Assembly (NCBI GenBank): GCA_951406725.2 | Contig: OX597817.1 | Location: 120,032,001 to 120,096,000 of the forward strand | Length of the DNA stretch: 64,000 bases | Source: Octopus vulgaris | Lineage: Eukaryota | Direction of reading: 5' to 3' | Shown: piece after piece, positions 13,769 to 28,712 of the stretch | Layout of the letters: every line of letters starts with the position of its first letter | How positions within the stretch are numbered: position 1 is the stretch's first letter | Program-made: the position numbers and the translations under genes | The notes under the pieces: generated by a model | Told to the model about the DNA's origin: nothing | Seen by the model: only the letters and a program-made list of their open reading frames with translations | Databases searched by the model: none

Positions 13769-14475
13769 GTTTATATATTTGTTGTGCATATACACACACA
13801 ATTTTATACATGAAGACACAAATACATTTACACAAATAACATACACGTGTATATATATATATATATACTTCATATACATCATCACCGCCCTTCCAAATCA
13901 ACTCCACTCCTCATGCAGGTTGGAAGATCACATCCTACTCCAATGTCTTGATTATGACATGGTTTCTATGGCTGGAAACCGTTCCTAACATCAATTACAT
14001 CACTGAATGTTCTGGACCAAATTTCCATGGAAGACCAGTCTTGAGGTAATCACATACAGTGGAGGTAAGTAGATTAGTGAACCATGTAGTAAATAATACC
14101 ATGGTAACTTAGGCCTTTGAATTAGAAGCATACCAAAAATTAAGTCTGTTCTTGATGTCCTTGAAAGCCTTAAGGTTGTCTCAAGAATGCACCAGGAATT
14201 ATTACACCTTCAAGTTCCCAGAACCACTGATGTAGAAAAGTAAGGTTAGCCTATACTTCATCAGTTTATGACAGATGTCTGATCTCCTCCTGTGCCATGT
14301 AGATTCTATAAGACATCCTATCCCCAACAAAGACCAGGAAATAAAATATGGGGTATTTCAAACTTCTAAAATGAGCATGGACATCTCAACAAATGGACAC
14401 AAAACATGTCCAATGGTGGCTTTCCATAATGATATGACATTATGAAAAATGTCCAAATAATATTAAGTCTGGAAT

Positions 14476-14620
14476 AAGGTGGCAAGTTAGCATAAGCGTT
14501 AGCACACCAGGCAAAATGCTTAGTGGTATTTCATCTGTCTTTACGTTCTGAGTTCAAATTTCACCAAGGTCAACTTTGCCTTTCATCTTTCCAGAGTCAA
14601 TAAATTAAGTACCATTGAAA
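14476..14620 (+). mobile_element. SINE family A, 3'-truncated
   Basis: Matches the family A head and body. Confidence 0.7.
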
Positions 14621-14825
14621 CAATGGTAACATGTTTAAACAGAAATATGGTAACAAAAGGGTTAAGCTGGGGAGTTTTTTCTCCCACCTCCTAAACTGTT
14701 TCAAATTGCAGAGTCAAACAATTTTTACTCTGCACAAAGACCACTGAAGTTTGATGTGAGTTTCTCTATTAGAAATATATATATCATTAATGCCATTTTC
14801 TCTACATAACAGAAACAATAGTTAC

Positions 14826-14884
14826 CTTTGATTCTACTGTAATGTTATTTTTTGCAGGCTTTGTTTTTGCCATGTTGGAAATAT
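14826..14884 (-). other. Candidate exon (ISNMAKTKPAKNNITVESK)
   Basis: Acceptor tttttatAG, donor AAG|GTaac; single open frame; ATG in aacATGG context. Confidence 0.3.
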
Positions 14885-16517
14885 CTATAAAAAGTTTTTT
14901 AGAAAAAGCCCATAACTGATTTTCATAAAATCTAAATTGGTTCTGTTTCAAATGAAGTAACAAACCTCAAATAAGGTACAAATTAAAAGAAACACATCAG
15001 GTAGGTTAGCTTGTTTTGATGACAAAACTAACTCATTTTCTCTACATGTAACAAATTCTGCTCGTGGTTATGTCAATGCTATATCATTGTATTTACTTTC
15101 AATATGACACATCATTAAAACAGTTTTAAAAGATTTTAATCTTTCATTGTTATGAGAGTCAGCTGAAAACAGGGTACAAACCAGATATATACACTACTTC
15201 CTTTATATGGCTTTGATTTTTAAAACTGCAAGCTCTGGCTTACATGCAAGTAAATTAAAGGAAAATATCTCAATTCTTTATGATACTCAGTGCCAAGTGT
15301 TTTCGTCTTTCATCAAACTTAGACAAACTCAATGTTAGTTTATCTATAAAGTGTAAAACAGACAATTAATTATTTAAAATGTAAATAAATAAATATAGTG
15401 TTTTAATAATTTTGTAAAAATATGTCTCAGAGAAGATTAAAAAGATATTCTAAAAGTAAGTAGCAAAGATAGACATAATACAAATAGAAATTTATTATTA
15501 AAATTAGAATCCAGTCATAACATGCTCTCAGTTGGAATTTTACTCTCTGAAATGAATTATCATAGTGAACAGAAATTATCATGTCATACAAAGTTAGAAG
15601 TATAAACTAATTCACTATATGAATTTATGTATATTAATATAAAGAGAAAAAACTTTCAATCATGATACAAGTTGGCTGAACACATAAGTATGTATTCATT
15701 TAATGCAACTGTTTAAAGCTAAGAGTTTACACCACAAAAATTGTGCTTCTATATCTATATGAAGTGCCTCTAATACAATGAAATTTAATTGCATTAGATA
15801 AAGCGTATCATCTACCAAAACATGAAGTAAATAACAGGAAAGTTTAGACCAAATATAGATATTCAAAATTAAGAAAGCAACAAGAAAAACAGATTAAGTA
15901 CATGGAGATGAGATATGGGGAATTCAAACTTTTAAAGTAATATAAAAATGCATGTATGTGTATGTGTGTGTTTACATGCAATTCATATGTATGTATATAT
16001 ATGGAATGATTACAATTTTCAATATCAGTAAACACTGATATCACAGGCCATTTTGCAACAGCAGAGCTTGTGTCCCAACAAATGGACAAAATTGTTCAAT
16101 GGTGATTGTGCATATTGACTTGATGCCAAGTAAAAATCCCAAACAATATTAGGTCTGGAGTTAATTAATAAACAAAAGTGAGGCAGATAGAATTGCAAGC
16201 AGTAGAAACATTCAGCAAAAGCTGTATCATCTATTTATTTTTGTTTTATCACTCAGATAAGGAAGAGTTTTGTAAGACTTGCACAGGAAAAAGAAGAAAC
16301 GACACGTTATATATTGCTGCTGCATGAAACAATGCATCAAGATGTCAAGTTATTTGCAAACTGGGAACCTGGTTTGAATGCTTGCAACAGACTGAGGTCT
16401 GCTAAAAACACACAGAGCTGAGATGTGACAGATGAGGTTGATGCAGAAGTTTTGGTCATAGACACATTTCAGTTACTAATATCAGTTCTAGGGTACAAGA
16501 ATGGCTGTGTGGTTAAG

Positions 16518-17032
16518 AAGTACTAAACCTCTTATCCAGCAACCTTGGGACTGGGGTGGCCCAGATTTCTGGATTTTCCAGATTTCTGGACACAGGCTAA
16601 ATATATACCAAAAATGTAAAATAAACAATGAAAAGTAAAGAACAAAATTGTATAACATATACAAATTAATGCATTTCTAAAGCAAGGTCTGTTTGATCTT
16701 TAGTAAGCCACTTAAAATTCTTAAAACTCTTAAAATATAGAATACTGTACCACATACATATAGATAGGATGAAAAATAAACAAAGAAAATTAAAGAACAT
16801 AATTTTATTTAAGAGATACTGATATAAAATAATACACTTTTGAAGCAGAGTATGTTTGACCTTTAGTAATCCACTTAAAAACTGTCTTTGTGTGATGCAT
16901 ACACCACAGAAACCAAAACAAAGTGGACACATGGTGAACTACTTCAGCCCACAAAATTCAAAGCTAAATAGTTTCAAAAATAACCAAATTTCTGGTAATT
17001 CTGGATTCTAGATAAGCGGTTTGGTACTTGTA
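16518..17032. mobile_element. pogo/Tigger-like MITE
   Basis: TIRs aagtactaaacctcttatccag (16518-) and ctagataagcggtttggtactt (17008-17029), 19/22 match; TA at right end; subterminal (cagatttctgga)-like repeats. Confidence 0.6.
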
Positions 17033-18480
17033 GCTGTAAACAAGTATCACTGTCATAAAAATGGTGCACCTCATTTCCAGTCTTCCATGAAGCCATGTGT
17101 GTGTATTTGTGTATGTGCATGTGTGTTATTAATGCTGTACTGTTGAAATCTGATTTAGGCATTTTCTTTAATCCACATTTCTGATAAAAAGGCTTAAATT
17201 CTCCAAATCCTTCAATCCTTCACAAGGAAGTAATAACTTGCTTGGAAACAAGGGTTGACAACAAGAAAGGCTTCCAGTCATAAAAAAAACCTGCCTCAGC
17301 AAATTCAATCAAGCCTATGCAGTCATAGAAAATTAAATGTTAAAACATTTATGATAAATATAAATGTCTCTAAGATTCAGATGTTCATATTTTCACAGCT
17401 AAAAGAAGTACTTTAAATGTATTTCACTAAAATGTATTGTTATATGATACAGGTGCAGAAAGTTTATAAAAGAGTATTTGATACAGGATACTTTTGATTG
17501 CAAATTTTTATACTATCCTTTTTGGTACTAATTAGCAAAACAAAATTGGCCAGGCATTGAGGGATATAGAAGGAGAGGTAGGCCTAAGAACTCGTGCCGG
17601 AGATCAACATAAAAGAACTAGAGAAAGGGGGACATTCATGGCAGAGTATAAGTACAGAGGCCAAAAATTAAGCGACATGGAATTCAACTATAAGTGGCCT
17701 ATACTCCGTGTTGGAGGGTTAAAGGCATAAAAAATTTTTTTTTTTAATTGCCTTAAAAAAAAATGAGGGCACAAAAAACTAAATCATGACTTTGTATAGA
17801 CCTGACAGAATTCATTTGATCACATATTTGGCAAAGATTTTATATCCCTTGCTAGTGCTACCATGATAAGCTACTTCAAGTAAGCGGGTTTTGTAAATTT
17901 CACATCTGACATCAAGGCACAAAGATTTGCGACAATGGGATTTCCATATTAACCTCTTTCAATTAAAGATCACAAAAAAAAGAAAGTCCTGGTTGAAGGA
18001 TTCGGAGAACTTAAGCCTTTTTATCAGAAATGTGGATTAAAGAAAATGCCTAAATCAGTCTTCAACAGTATGGCATTAAAAATACACATGTATGCATGGA
18101 CACATGCACACACACAAACACATGCAAAGAAATACATAATACAAACAAGTACACTGTAAGAAAACAAGCCAATAACAGAGCTTCTATGTGGTCACTCAAC
18201 TGGTATGAAATAGCAACCAAACCTACCTCAAATAATACCTTACTGTTTAAAGCTCAAAACAGGATAGGCATAACTGGAAAATTTTTAGATTATAAGTGTA
18301 TTCAATCAGTGCTGACCTGGGGTTAAACAACATTATATACACTTATTGTTATATAACTCTATGTATAAGACTTCTATGAGTCATGCTGCAGCTTCACTGT
18401 TTAGTGAGTTATTATTAGCACATAACTGAACATCAAACTATTTTCTTGAGACAAACTTTGAAATATGAATGTTAGTTATT

Positions 18481-18735
18481 CTATGAGGTAATTTTTAAAT
18501 AGCCTATTAATCTTTGAACTTCTCTATTCTTAAGGTGATTGCATAATTCTTTCTGAAAAGTGGAGATAAAATATTGTGTATTGCAAAGAGCAGTTATTTT
18601 CATGTTGCATTTTTTAAGACCATGAATCAAGGGAAGCCTATTAAAAGACAGGCTTCTCAAATAAAAATCATTCTTTAATTGCAATTTAGAATCCAATATT
18701 TCATTTCTTTTGCTATTGGCTTGGTGTTTGTTTAT
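18481..18735 (-). other. Candidate (terminal) exon, 84 open codons, product unknown
   Basis: Long pyrimidine tract ...ttattatttttctttgAG followed by INKHQANSKRNEILDSK...LIGYLKITS*; not a simple repeat. Confidence 0.3.
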
Positions 18736-19614
18736 CTCAAAGAAAAATAATAAAAGATTTTTTTGCAGAAATAATCCCATTAAAGAGACCAATTATTGAA
18801 ATGATGACATGGGCTTTAAAATAATGACACAAATTTATAGATTTTTTTAGTATTATATTACATTTTATATCAATTTTATGGAAAAGTTGCAAACAGAAAA
18901 AAATACAATTTAAACTCATAATTTGTCATTATAGTCAAAATGTAACATAGTAAAGAAGATATTGATTTCTAGTAACAGAGAGAAGACTTGATCAATCCAA
19001 CAGTAAAATTACAAATTATTTCTAAACTAATCTAAACATGCCATAAAAATGATAGGCATTTCAATTCAGTTTTCATTTTTAAATTAAATATTTATAAATA
19101 ATATTAAGTCACTGAAAATATTTGCAAAGTAGTAAAACTTCATTAGTTCTAAATCGGTCAGATTGCTGGTCAAAGCTCTGCAAATTCTCAGGTGAAAATA
19201 CTTAGAAATGTTACTGACTCATTTAAGATAACTAAAAAAAAAGTATCAAATGCTATCCTTGTAGGTGAGTACTTCCACATCCTTTACCCAACAAAAACCT
19301 CAAATGCACAAATCTCACATAAGTTGCTCACAACACTGCAACCAATAAATATAACCAAAACTGAGAAATATTTACTCCACAGAGTAATATCCTGACAACT
19401 AACATAAAAGCAAAGGGCTCTTTAATGAATTACCTGAACCACAAACCAGCTTTCTGATATTCCACGTTGTTCTATGTTCAGGTCTCTTGTCAAGATAATC
19501 CCTACAAGCTAAATATCCTGCTCACAAATACCCATCTAAGATAGCTATATAAGTAATACTCATGTAGATAAAGCCACATTTCATTCCCAATCCCAACTAC
19601 ATACTGCACATTAT

Positions 19615-19930
19615 TTATTTATTTGTGTCCTTTTCAAGCCTAGCCAGGCTCATGGGTCCGGTTTCCCGGTTTCTGTGGCAAATGTGTTCCCCCCAGCTGG
19701 ACGGGATGCCAGTCCATTGCAGCATTATTCAAGAAACAGGAAGAAAGAGTGAGAGAAAGTTGGGGGTGAAAGAGTACAAGAGGGGTTGCCACCACCCCCC
19801 ACTGGAGCCTTGTGGAGCTTTTAGGTGTTTTCGCTCAATAAACACACACAACACCCAGTCTGGAAATTGAAACCACAATCCTCCGACCGCAAGTCCGCTG
19901 CCCTAACCACTGGGCCATTGTGCCTCCACA
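19615..19930 (-). mobile_element. Full-length tRNA-derived SINE family C
   Basis: A-box TGGCCCAGTGG, B-box-like GGTTTCAATTTCC, 'gctgcaatggactggcatcccgtccag' body, (AAAT)n tail. Confidence 0.75.
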
Positions 19931-20283
19931 CATACTGCACATGTAGAAAATTATTCCTTACTCAACCATCACACCACTACATGTACACAACTTCCAGGTT
20001 CAAGCATTTCTTTGATCAATCCAACACAAAATACCATTGTTTCTTACAATGTACATATACTCAAACAATGTGCTCCTGAGCTGGTTTCTGTTACTATCAA
20101 TGTTAAGCTGCAAACTACCTGGATTATTTGGACAAGAATATACTCCAATAATAGACAAGATAAGAGAACAGATAAAAAAAAAATCCCTTTCCTCCTTGAA
20201 ACAGTTTATTTTTATCTAAAAGGTTTGATAGTTAATTTGAAGCAAAAAGATGTTGTAGTAATTACAATACTGTGCAATGGAGA

Positions 20284-20335
<52 letters not shown>

Positions 20336-20339
20336 TTTT

Positions 20340-20525
20340 TTATAATAGATATAAAGCCTCAAGTTTTTCAGGATGGGGCTAATCATGTACATCAACCCCA
20401 GTGCTCAATTGGTACTTATTTTATCAACCTTGAAAAGAAGGCACATTCTGGCTGAATTTGAACACAGGACATAAAACCAAAAGAAATGCCAATAAGCATT
20501 TTGACTACACTTAGTTGGTAAGAGT
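20340..20525 (-). mobile_element. SINE family A, decayed, abutting (AAT)n
   Basis: Reverse complement of the family A body. Confidence 0.55.
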
Positions 20526-20609
20526 GAAGCTAAATAATAAACTAATAAATAAGGTGACATAACCATTGATATTTTTACTGGGTCACCAACACTTTGGGCT
20601 TCCAATCAA

Positions 20610-20860
20610 GTCTAAAGAGGGTCCCACTCTTTAGAAGATGGATGAAAACTGATAAAATTTAGAAATATTATGATCTAGTTGTGGAAAAATTATGAAACAC
20701 AAGAGTAAATATTGTTTCTTTGGTAATTATGGCACAACACCCAAACTACTATCTAAGACATCAAAGGATATTGGAAGTGAGGCACATTACTGACTTGCAG
20801 AAAAGTAGCATCGAGTATTCTGCAAATATCCTAATAAAAGTTCTCGAGTTGCAAGAATTT
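20610..20860 (+). mobile_element. R4/Dong-like non-LTR 3' relic
   Basis: KYYDLV...HITDLQKSSIEYSANILIKVL resembles the C-terminus at 33.3-33.5 kb. Confidence 0.5.
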
Positions 20861-23800
20861 TCACCAAACCTTAGCATAACATCTCTGTTCACTAAACAGT
20901 AATAGCTTTTGTTTAATAATAATGATGATATAAACAAATTTTCTGAAGACTTCTATGATATTGGTCAAATAAATAATGTGATATTACTTTGTTAAATAAC
21001 ATATTAATATCTTAATATTTCACTGTTTTAATGCATATTGACATATAACAGAGCTGATTATAACCACAAACTAAAATTTCACACGATATTAAATCCAAGT
21101 AGAAATTACTATAAACTATTTTCGAAACATTAATTTTCTGCTTTCACTCTTATATTCCCTAAAAAGAAAATACAATGATTAAATGGATAAATAAACAATG
21201 ATGTATTTAGGTATTCAAGAAAAGAAAACTATTTACATAGTTTCTTACTGGCCTTTTCCTATCAGATATTTTAGAGTTTCCTTGATATAATTAGAAATTC
21301 TATTTTTTGTCATTTCCATTTCTTTTTTACTTCTTTCTCGGTTGTTGTAAATGATTTGATTTGTTTACAAGTGATATAACATCTACAAATCAGTCAGGCA
21401 AACACAATTAAGTAAGCAACATAACAACTATTTCAGGAAATAGGTTGTTAGTCCCATGATTATTGCCTTTGAATGGTGACCAAAGTAATTATAAATCAGG
21501 TTTATAGGAATTATATGTGACTATGAAGACCATATAATTTAAGAAGAACTATTTGTAATAAAAGTCATTCCAAGAAAAGTTCTTTTCATTGCTGTTATCC
21601 AATATATGAGAGGATTCATTTAATCTGATCTTAGATTCACAATGGTATCATATTACTTGCTTATAATTATCTTGGCTTATTATGTTTAATAAAGAAACCA
21701 TATATGATTATATGATTATCTGATATTTTTATGACTGATATAATTGGTATACCACCTTCTGTTCTATAACAACCTTCAGCAAATAGTGTTTGCCAATGTA
21801 ATATTTGAAAGTTAATTAAACTATATTGTTGGTAAATGATTATTTGAAATTTCAATCTCAAGTTTTTTCCACACAATATTTACAGTATAATAGGAATTAA
21901 CTTTCGTATGAAGTTATTTTAAGGAATGGAAACTCATATAAATCAGAATAAGTTATATTAATAATATTTTCTGCAATTCAGTACACACACATACATTTAA
22001 AAATACAGACATATGTTAATATTTTTCAGTTTTCTATGTGCACAAGTGGAAAACCTGTCTTGCTAGAATTATCAGCTTAAGCATGAAAATGTATCGATTC
22101 AATTTGGAACAACGCAAGAAAGAAAATCTAGAAAAAAAAACAAAACATGTTTTTTTTTTATATCTGTTTTTTGGTTTTTGCTTGCTTTCTTATGGAGGGA
22201 AATGAGATTTTGTGTCCTTTTTCTTTTACCCAAAGGCATTAATAATATAACCAAAGCAAAATGATTTCAACTGGGAATAAAAACTAGGTTACAAACTTGG
22301 CATCCTTAGAGAATAACAATAAAATAATGATTCCTTACACAAGTTTGAAAAGAGAAGTACAGTCAATTGAATCAATCCTGTGCATGACTGGTACTTATTG
22401 TATCAGCTCTAGAGAGATAAAAATCAAAGAGAGGATTTTAACTTAAAATGTAGAGAAACAAAACTAAATACCTATTGTGTAGAATGTGTGCCCCAAAAAT
22501 GTTTAAAGTGCAGCACATTTGATAAAAGCTTGGAACAGATTAGAACTATAAATATAGAAATATAAATAAATATAACAGAATGTATGAATGTCTCATGAAT
22601 TAACAAGCAAGAATTATGTGGAAAGCATAAATAAAGAGGGAGAGACAAATGTTATTAACACCAACATTCTAATACAATTAAGTGTAAGAAAGTCTGAATA
22701 TTGAGTGTGTGTGTGTGAGAGAGACAGACAGATAAACAGGCAGACTGAATGAGATGATATTGTTGCAAAAAATATATATATACAGAGTACATTGAAGGTG
22801 CAAATAGCTTAGGACATTAGAAATAGGAAACAAGAACAAAAAAAGTACTGATGAAGGCAAGACCAAATAGAGAAGAATGAACTTAGACATTGCAATGTTC
22901 CTCACAATGCAGCCTTTTTTACCATATGGTACTACATAAAAGTAAAACTTCCTTCTTACTCACATAATTCTGAAGAGTAAGTTTAATAGTAAAAAGAGCA
23001 AGTTTAATAGCTGACAGCCATATCTGTCCTACACACATGAACAAGTGTTCAACAACATAACTCCACATAAGGGCAATGTAAAGATAATATACAAAAGCAT
23101 ACATAATGGCTTCCATGTTTGGAAAGGTCAATATTTTAGGTACCAGGAAATGCGATGATCCCAAATTTCAGATTAAAGTATTAAACAGAAACACAAAGTG
23201 AAAGCAGTATATTTAGCAAGATACTGGCCAATGGCAGAGTCACATAATTGGCACCCATTCCAGTGTCACGTAAAATGCACCTTTTGAGCATTGGGCCTCC
23301 CAGAAGCAATGCGGCTGATGCTGGTGTTGTGTGACTAGCACCTGTGCCAGTGGCACGTAAAAAGCATGGAGGCAAGCAGAAATGAAAGAGAGCTTTGGCA
23401 ATATGACATTTAGAAAAAGTTACAGCTTAGTTTTAACTGCAATAATGTCTTGGAGGATAATTAAACTTAAGAAAAACAATCTATATCCAAAAATCTGAAA
23501 GGAAGCAGCAAAGACTTATCTAGATGTAAAGGTTAATTGCTCATCAACAAGAGCCATAATCTTAGACTATAGAGGAGGAAAAAATATCCAAACATGGTAT
23601 GGATTGGAAACCACAGAAGTTTTTAAAATTTTTCTCCACACGTTTTTCTCTTGTTTAGAAACACTAAACAAGAGTAGGGTAGTACTAATAATGTCTACAG
23701 GTATGACAAAACCAGAGCTTTCATACAATGGAAATTATGCCAACATTGCAATATATTAAAGAAAAGATGTAATTTAAATATCCACCTGAAAAGATGTCTT

Positions 23801-24096
23801 AGAATGGCAAAACAATTACACACTAGAATACACCAATCTACACACACATGAAGATGGAAAATAATTCACTTGGTAGTGTTATTAAGAACCATATAAAAAG
23901 AAATGCCACCTTATTGAGGTATTAGCACCAACAGACACATGTTTCCCTACAACAGATGCAGGAATTAAACTAATATAAAGATTTGAAAATAGACAAAGCC
24001 AGAATAAACTGCTTTTATCATAACAGATGCCTTAGGAATGGTGAAAAAGACATGCAGAAAAAATACTTATCTAAAAAAAAAAACAGTACTTATTAA

Positions 24097-25372
24097 TCAT
24101 CATCATCATCATCATCATTTAACGTCCGCTTTCCATGCTAGCATGGGTTGGACGGTTCAACTGGGGTCTGGGGAGCCCGAAAGCTGCACCAGTCCAGTCA
24201 GATCTGGCAGTGTTTCTACAGCTGGATGCCCTTCCTAACGCCAACCACTCCGAGAGTGTAGTGGGTGATTTTATGTGCCACCGACACAGGTGCCAGACGA
24301 GGCTGGCAAACGGCCACGCTCGGATGGTGTTTTTTATGGGCCACCGACACAGGTGCCAGACGAGGCTCGCAGACGGCCACGCTCGGATGGTGTTTTTATG
24401 TGCCACCGACACAGGTGCCAGATGAGGCTGGCAAACGGCCACGATCGGATGGTGCTTGCTACGTGCCCACAGCACGGAGGCCAGTCGATGCGGCACCGGC
24501 TACGGCCACGTTCGGACGGCCCCTTGTGTGCCACGTGCCACCGGCACTGGCACCACAAAGATACAAATTCCATTGATGTTCATCTATTTTGATTTGTTTT
24601 GATTTTCACTTACCTCAACAGGTCTTCACAAGTGTCACAAGAAGGAAGGTATGCACAGGTGGACTGACTACGTCCCAGGTAGGGGCCATGGGTTATGGCC
24701 TGACTAGTCTTGCCGGGTCTTCGGATGGTGTTTTTATGTGCCACCGACACAGGTGCTAGATGAGGCTGGCGAACGGCCACGATCGGATGGTGTTTGTCAT
24801 GTGCCCACCGCACTGACTACAGCACTGATGGATTTCTTGTGTGCCACAGGCACTGGTACCACAAGATACAAATTCCATTGATGTTCATCTATTTTGTCTA
24901 TTTTGATTTGATTTGATTTGATTTTCACTTGCCTCAACCGGTCTTCACAAGTGTCACAAGAAGGAAGGTATGCACAGGTGGACTGACTACGTCCCAGGTA
25001 GGGGCCATGGGTTATGGCCTGACTAGTCTTGCCGGGTCTTCGGATGGTGTTTTTATGTGCCACCGACACAGGTGCCAGATGAGGCTGGGGAACGGCCACG
25101 ATCGGATGGTGTTTGTCATGTGCCCACAGCACGGAGGCCAGTCGATGCGGTACTGGCTACGGCCACTTTCGGATGGTTTTCTCTTGTGTGCCACCGGCAC
25201 TGGTACCACAAAGATACAAATTCCATTGATGTTCATCTATTTTGATTTGTTTTGATTTGATTTTGATTTTGATTTTCACTTGCCTCAACAGGCCTTCACA
25301 AGTATCACAAGGAGGAAGGTATGCACAGGTGGACTGACTACGTCCCAGGTAGGGGCCATGGTTTATGGCCTG
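24097..25372 (-). mobile_element. RTE LINE 3'UTR in tandem multimer (~62-bp subunits inside three ~300-350-bp units)
   Basis: (CAT)n tail at 24097; 'agatacaaattccattgatg' recurs at ~24560, 24864 and 25211; GC-rich and little diverged. Confidence 0.8.
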
Positions 25373-27435
25373 ATAAGCATTAAACATTACTGTAAAAACA
25401 TTGATGTTTAACTAAAATATACACACAGGTACATTTCAGAAAATAGTATTACTAACATTTGTTATTATTAAGGTATTCTTACACAACTTTTGTTACTGTC
25501 TAGCATTTTTATACATTTTCCCAGATGTATTTAGTGTATTTTTAATATAAGGAAAATAATGATGTATTTCTGAAGTCCTGCATGATAAAAATAAAATTAA
25601 TGGAAAAACACATCAAAGCAACCTTGAATACAAGATAACTAAAAACTTTACATAAGATAAGGATTTAATTCAAAATTAATGCCCTACAGTGAAACAAAAA
25701 TAAACGAAACTTTAAAGAGGAATAGTGTAGATGCAATAAATTAATACTTAAAATACAGTGGAATGCACTATGTATCAATACTCAAGCTGTTCCAGTAATA
25801 AGTTATAAAATGCTCAACTGGAAGCTATGTAAATTAGCAAGGAAAATAAAGATAGCATTTAGAACACACTATCCAAACACCATATGGGAAGTATACACTT
25901 ATCAGGATCAAGGGAGAAAGGGGTCTTCTGAAACTAGAAAAATACAGGCAAGTATCTACTGTAGAACTACAAAAATATTCAATAAAGGATGAAGCAGCAT
26001 GGCTGAGGATCTCAAACTAGTATATACAACAGGTAAGAAAATATAAAAACTATTTTCAAAGGCAACAAATATAGAAGTGAGGTTGAGTAAATATACATCG
26101 GTACATGTGCAATTAGATGCAGAAGTAACAGAAACAATTAATTAATTAAATGTTAAACTAAAATGGGATTTTAAAATGCCTTACAAAGATGTTGACATGA
26201 AAATATTTTACATGGGTAATACCCAAAAAGAGTAAGCTAAGCAGAACAGGATAAAGAGTATACCAGATACTATGAAGACATACAGTGAAGGAGAGTATAA
26301 AATGGGACTTAGGAAAATATGAAAGCTCAGAAGAAACAATAAACCACATCACTATGTGTACCCTGACTGAAAAGAGGGTGCATATGTGTGAAAAAATAGA
26401 CACAAACACACACACATGTATATGCTTATATATACATATAGATATATATGTACACACACAAATGCATACACATTAATGTACACATGTGTATGTACATATG
26501 TATGTATGTAGGTAGGTATGTATGTACATTTGCTTTGCCAACCAAACCTATACACACCTGTTGATAAATTAATGAAAAATTCTTTAACAAAGAAAATGAA
26601 CTGTGTATGTATCCATATGAGCAAGTACTTCAAATGACCCAACCTATCATATATGTGTATATGTAAATGAAAATATGTATGCAACCTTTTCTGCTTCTAA
26701 TTTCTTAAAAAAATTTATGACTGATAACTTGAGACTTCCTTTGATACAGTAAATTTACAATCCAAGTGTATTCTCTTTCCATAGACACCTTGGATGGTCT
26801 CTCCCTCTCTTCATCTCATTTATAAGACAAAATATAAAATTTTTTTCTTGAGTGGTTATATGTAAATGCTTTGAATGTACTTGCAAATAACTTGTTTAAC
26901 CCTTGCAAATAACTTGTTTAACCCTACCAAGTGATACTGATAACCAACAACAGAGTAAATTACTTTCCCTTCTGATGATAAGGCATTATAGAGTGATCAT
27001 GCATCCTAGTACACACAAGTGTACCAGGTGTATAGCACGACTCTGATGCAAGTCTGAGGAAGTGCCTAAAACTGGAAATATTACATAATTCTCTTTTAAA
27101 ATTTTCAAGTAAACTGGCATTGCAGATGCAGATGGTATGGAAACATTTGTAACTTATAATTAAAGATGTGCTTAAGAATTTTCTTTGTCTTCTTCTTTTC
27201 ATTAGATTATTTACTTTTTGCCAAACCATATGATCATATAAACACTACGAGTATTCCAGCTTTGGGTTGGATCCTGACAGTGTAGATAGCCCAGTATTTG
27301 GGTTGAGCATTTCTCTGGAAATAGCCTATTTCACACCCAACTGATCTTAACCATTTGCTCTATACCAAAATATACACTCTGTATATTTGAACTTATATAC
27401 ATACATACATATACATACCATATATATATATACTT

Positions 27436-27481
<46 letters not shown>

Positions 27482-27509
27482 GCTCATATATCAACACATG
27501 TAAATACAT

Positions 27510-27541
<32 letters not shown>

Positions 27542-27969
27542 CATTGGGCTATTCCTGCTTGACACATCAGGAAAAGCTTTCATTTGTGTACATTTCACTA
27601 TTCATAGGGACAATGCTCTAGCTTTAGCTAAGAATACCAATGGACCAACACAAGATCAGTAAAGAGAAGGATATTATCAATCTTATGAAAACATTTGATC
27701 TTAGCATAACAATAGAAACCAGCCTGATTGTTGTCAATTTCCTTGACGTATCTCCAGATGTACAAAATGATATTTACAAACCCTACAGAAAGCCCAACGA
27801 TAAACTTAGTTATATTAATGTAGGTTCCTGCCACTTCCCCCACCCATAGTGTTTAAGAATTTACTTAAGAATATTAATAAGAGAATTTCTAACCTCTCCT
27901 CCAATATATTCATATTTAATAATGCTGCCCCACTATATAACTATGCCCTTAAACCTAGAGAATTTAAAG

Positions 27970-28210
27970 AGCAAGCTGGCAGAAGCGTTAGCATGCCGAG
28001 CAAAATGCATAGCCATATTTTATCTGCCATTACATTCTGAGTTCAAATTCCGCCGAGGCCGACTTTGCTTTTCATCCTTTCGGAGTCGATAAATTAAGTA
28101 CCGGTTACGCACTGGAGTCAATGTAATTGACTTAATCTCTTTGTCTGTCCTTGTTTGTCCCTTCTATGTTTAGCCCCTTGTGGGCAATAAAGAAATAAGA
28201 AATAAAGAAA
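27970..28210 (+). mobile_element. SINE family A (young, CpG-rich) nested in the PLE
   Basis: gctggcagaagcgttagc...gagttcaaattccgccgagg...aaagaaata tail. Confidence 0.8.
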
Positions 28211-28712
28211 AGAGAACATAGACACACGAAAATTATCTTGTTCACACCCCCTTACTCCCTGGAGTGACCTTTCATATAGGTAAATATTTCTTGTCACTTA
28301 AAGATAGACATTTTCCAATACAACATAAGTATAGAAAACATTGTAGTAGGCATAACCTAAAAATTAGTTTTAGTTCAACTCCAAACCTTAAAAACATAAT
28401 TACACACAATGCAACACAACAACATGAAGCCAGCTAACCCTAACCCTAACCCGTTAAATGAAGCCACCATAAATTCTACAGAACACAAAAAGAAACATAT
28501 ATATATATATACGTATATTTATATGTATAAATGTCTAAATATATATGTATGTGCATGTATGTATGTAGACATTGTGAATGCAGGAGGTTTATGTCTATGT
28601 ACTGTGAGAATATGGCTGCGTGTATTTTTTATCTTTTTTCGTTTTTTTTTCGTTTTCTGCCTATAAGAGTAACTTCCCTTTTATTCAACAGTTTTTCATA
28701 GAGTTTGTTGCA

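Noticed and set aside
14380-16160. Diverged ~100-bp direct repeat (14385-14475 vs 16074-16160) as a possible exon duplication
   Set aside because: The plus strand reads GHFA...NKWTK/IVQW, better explained as two old RTE C-terminal relics
22848-22872. CTGATGAAGGcaagaCCAAAT
   Set aside because: Only a 2-bp stem II and no supporting stems
24119-25387. Overlapping GC-rich ORFs and CRISPR-like periodicity
   Set aside because: These are tandem subunits of an RTE 3'UTR; there are no unique spacers or cas genes, and the context is eukaryotic
26880-26924. 22-bp tandem duplication cttgcaaataacttgtttaacc
   Set aside because: Ordinary slippage or repair duplication
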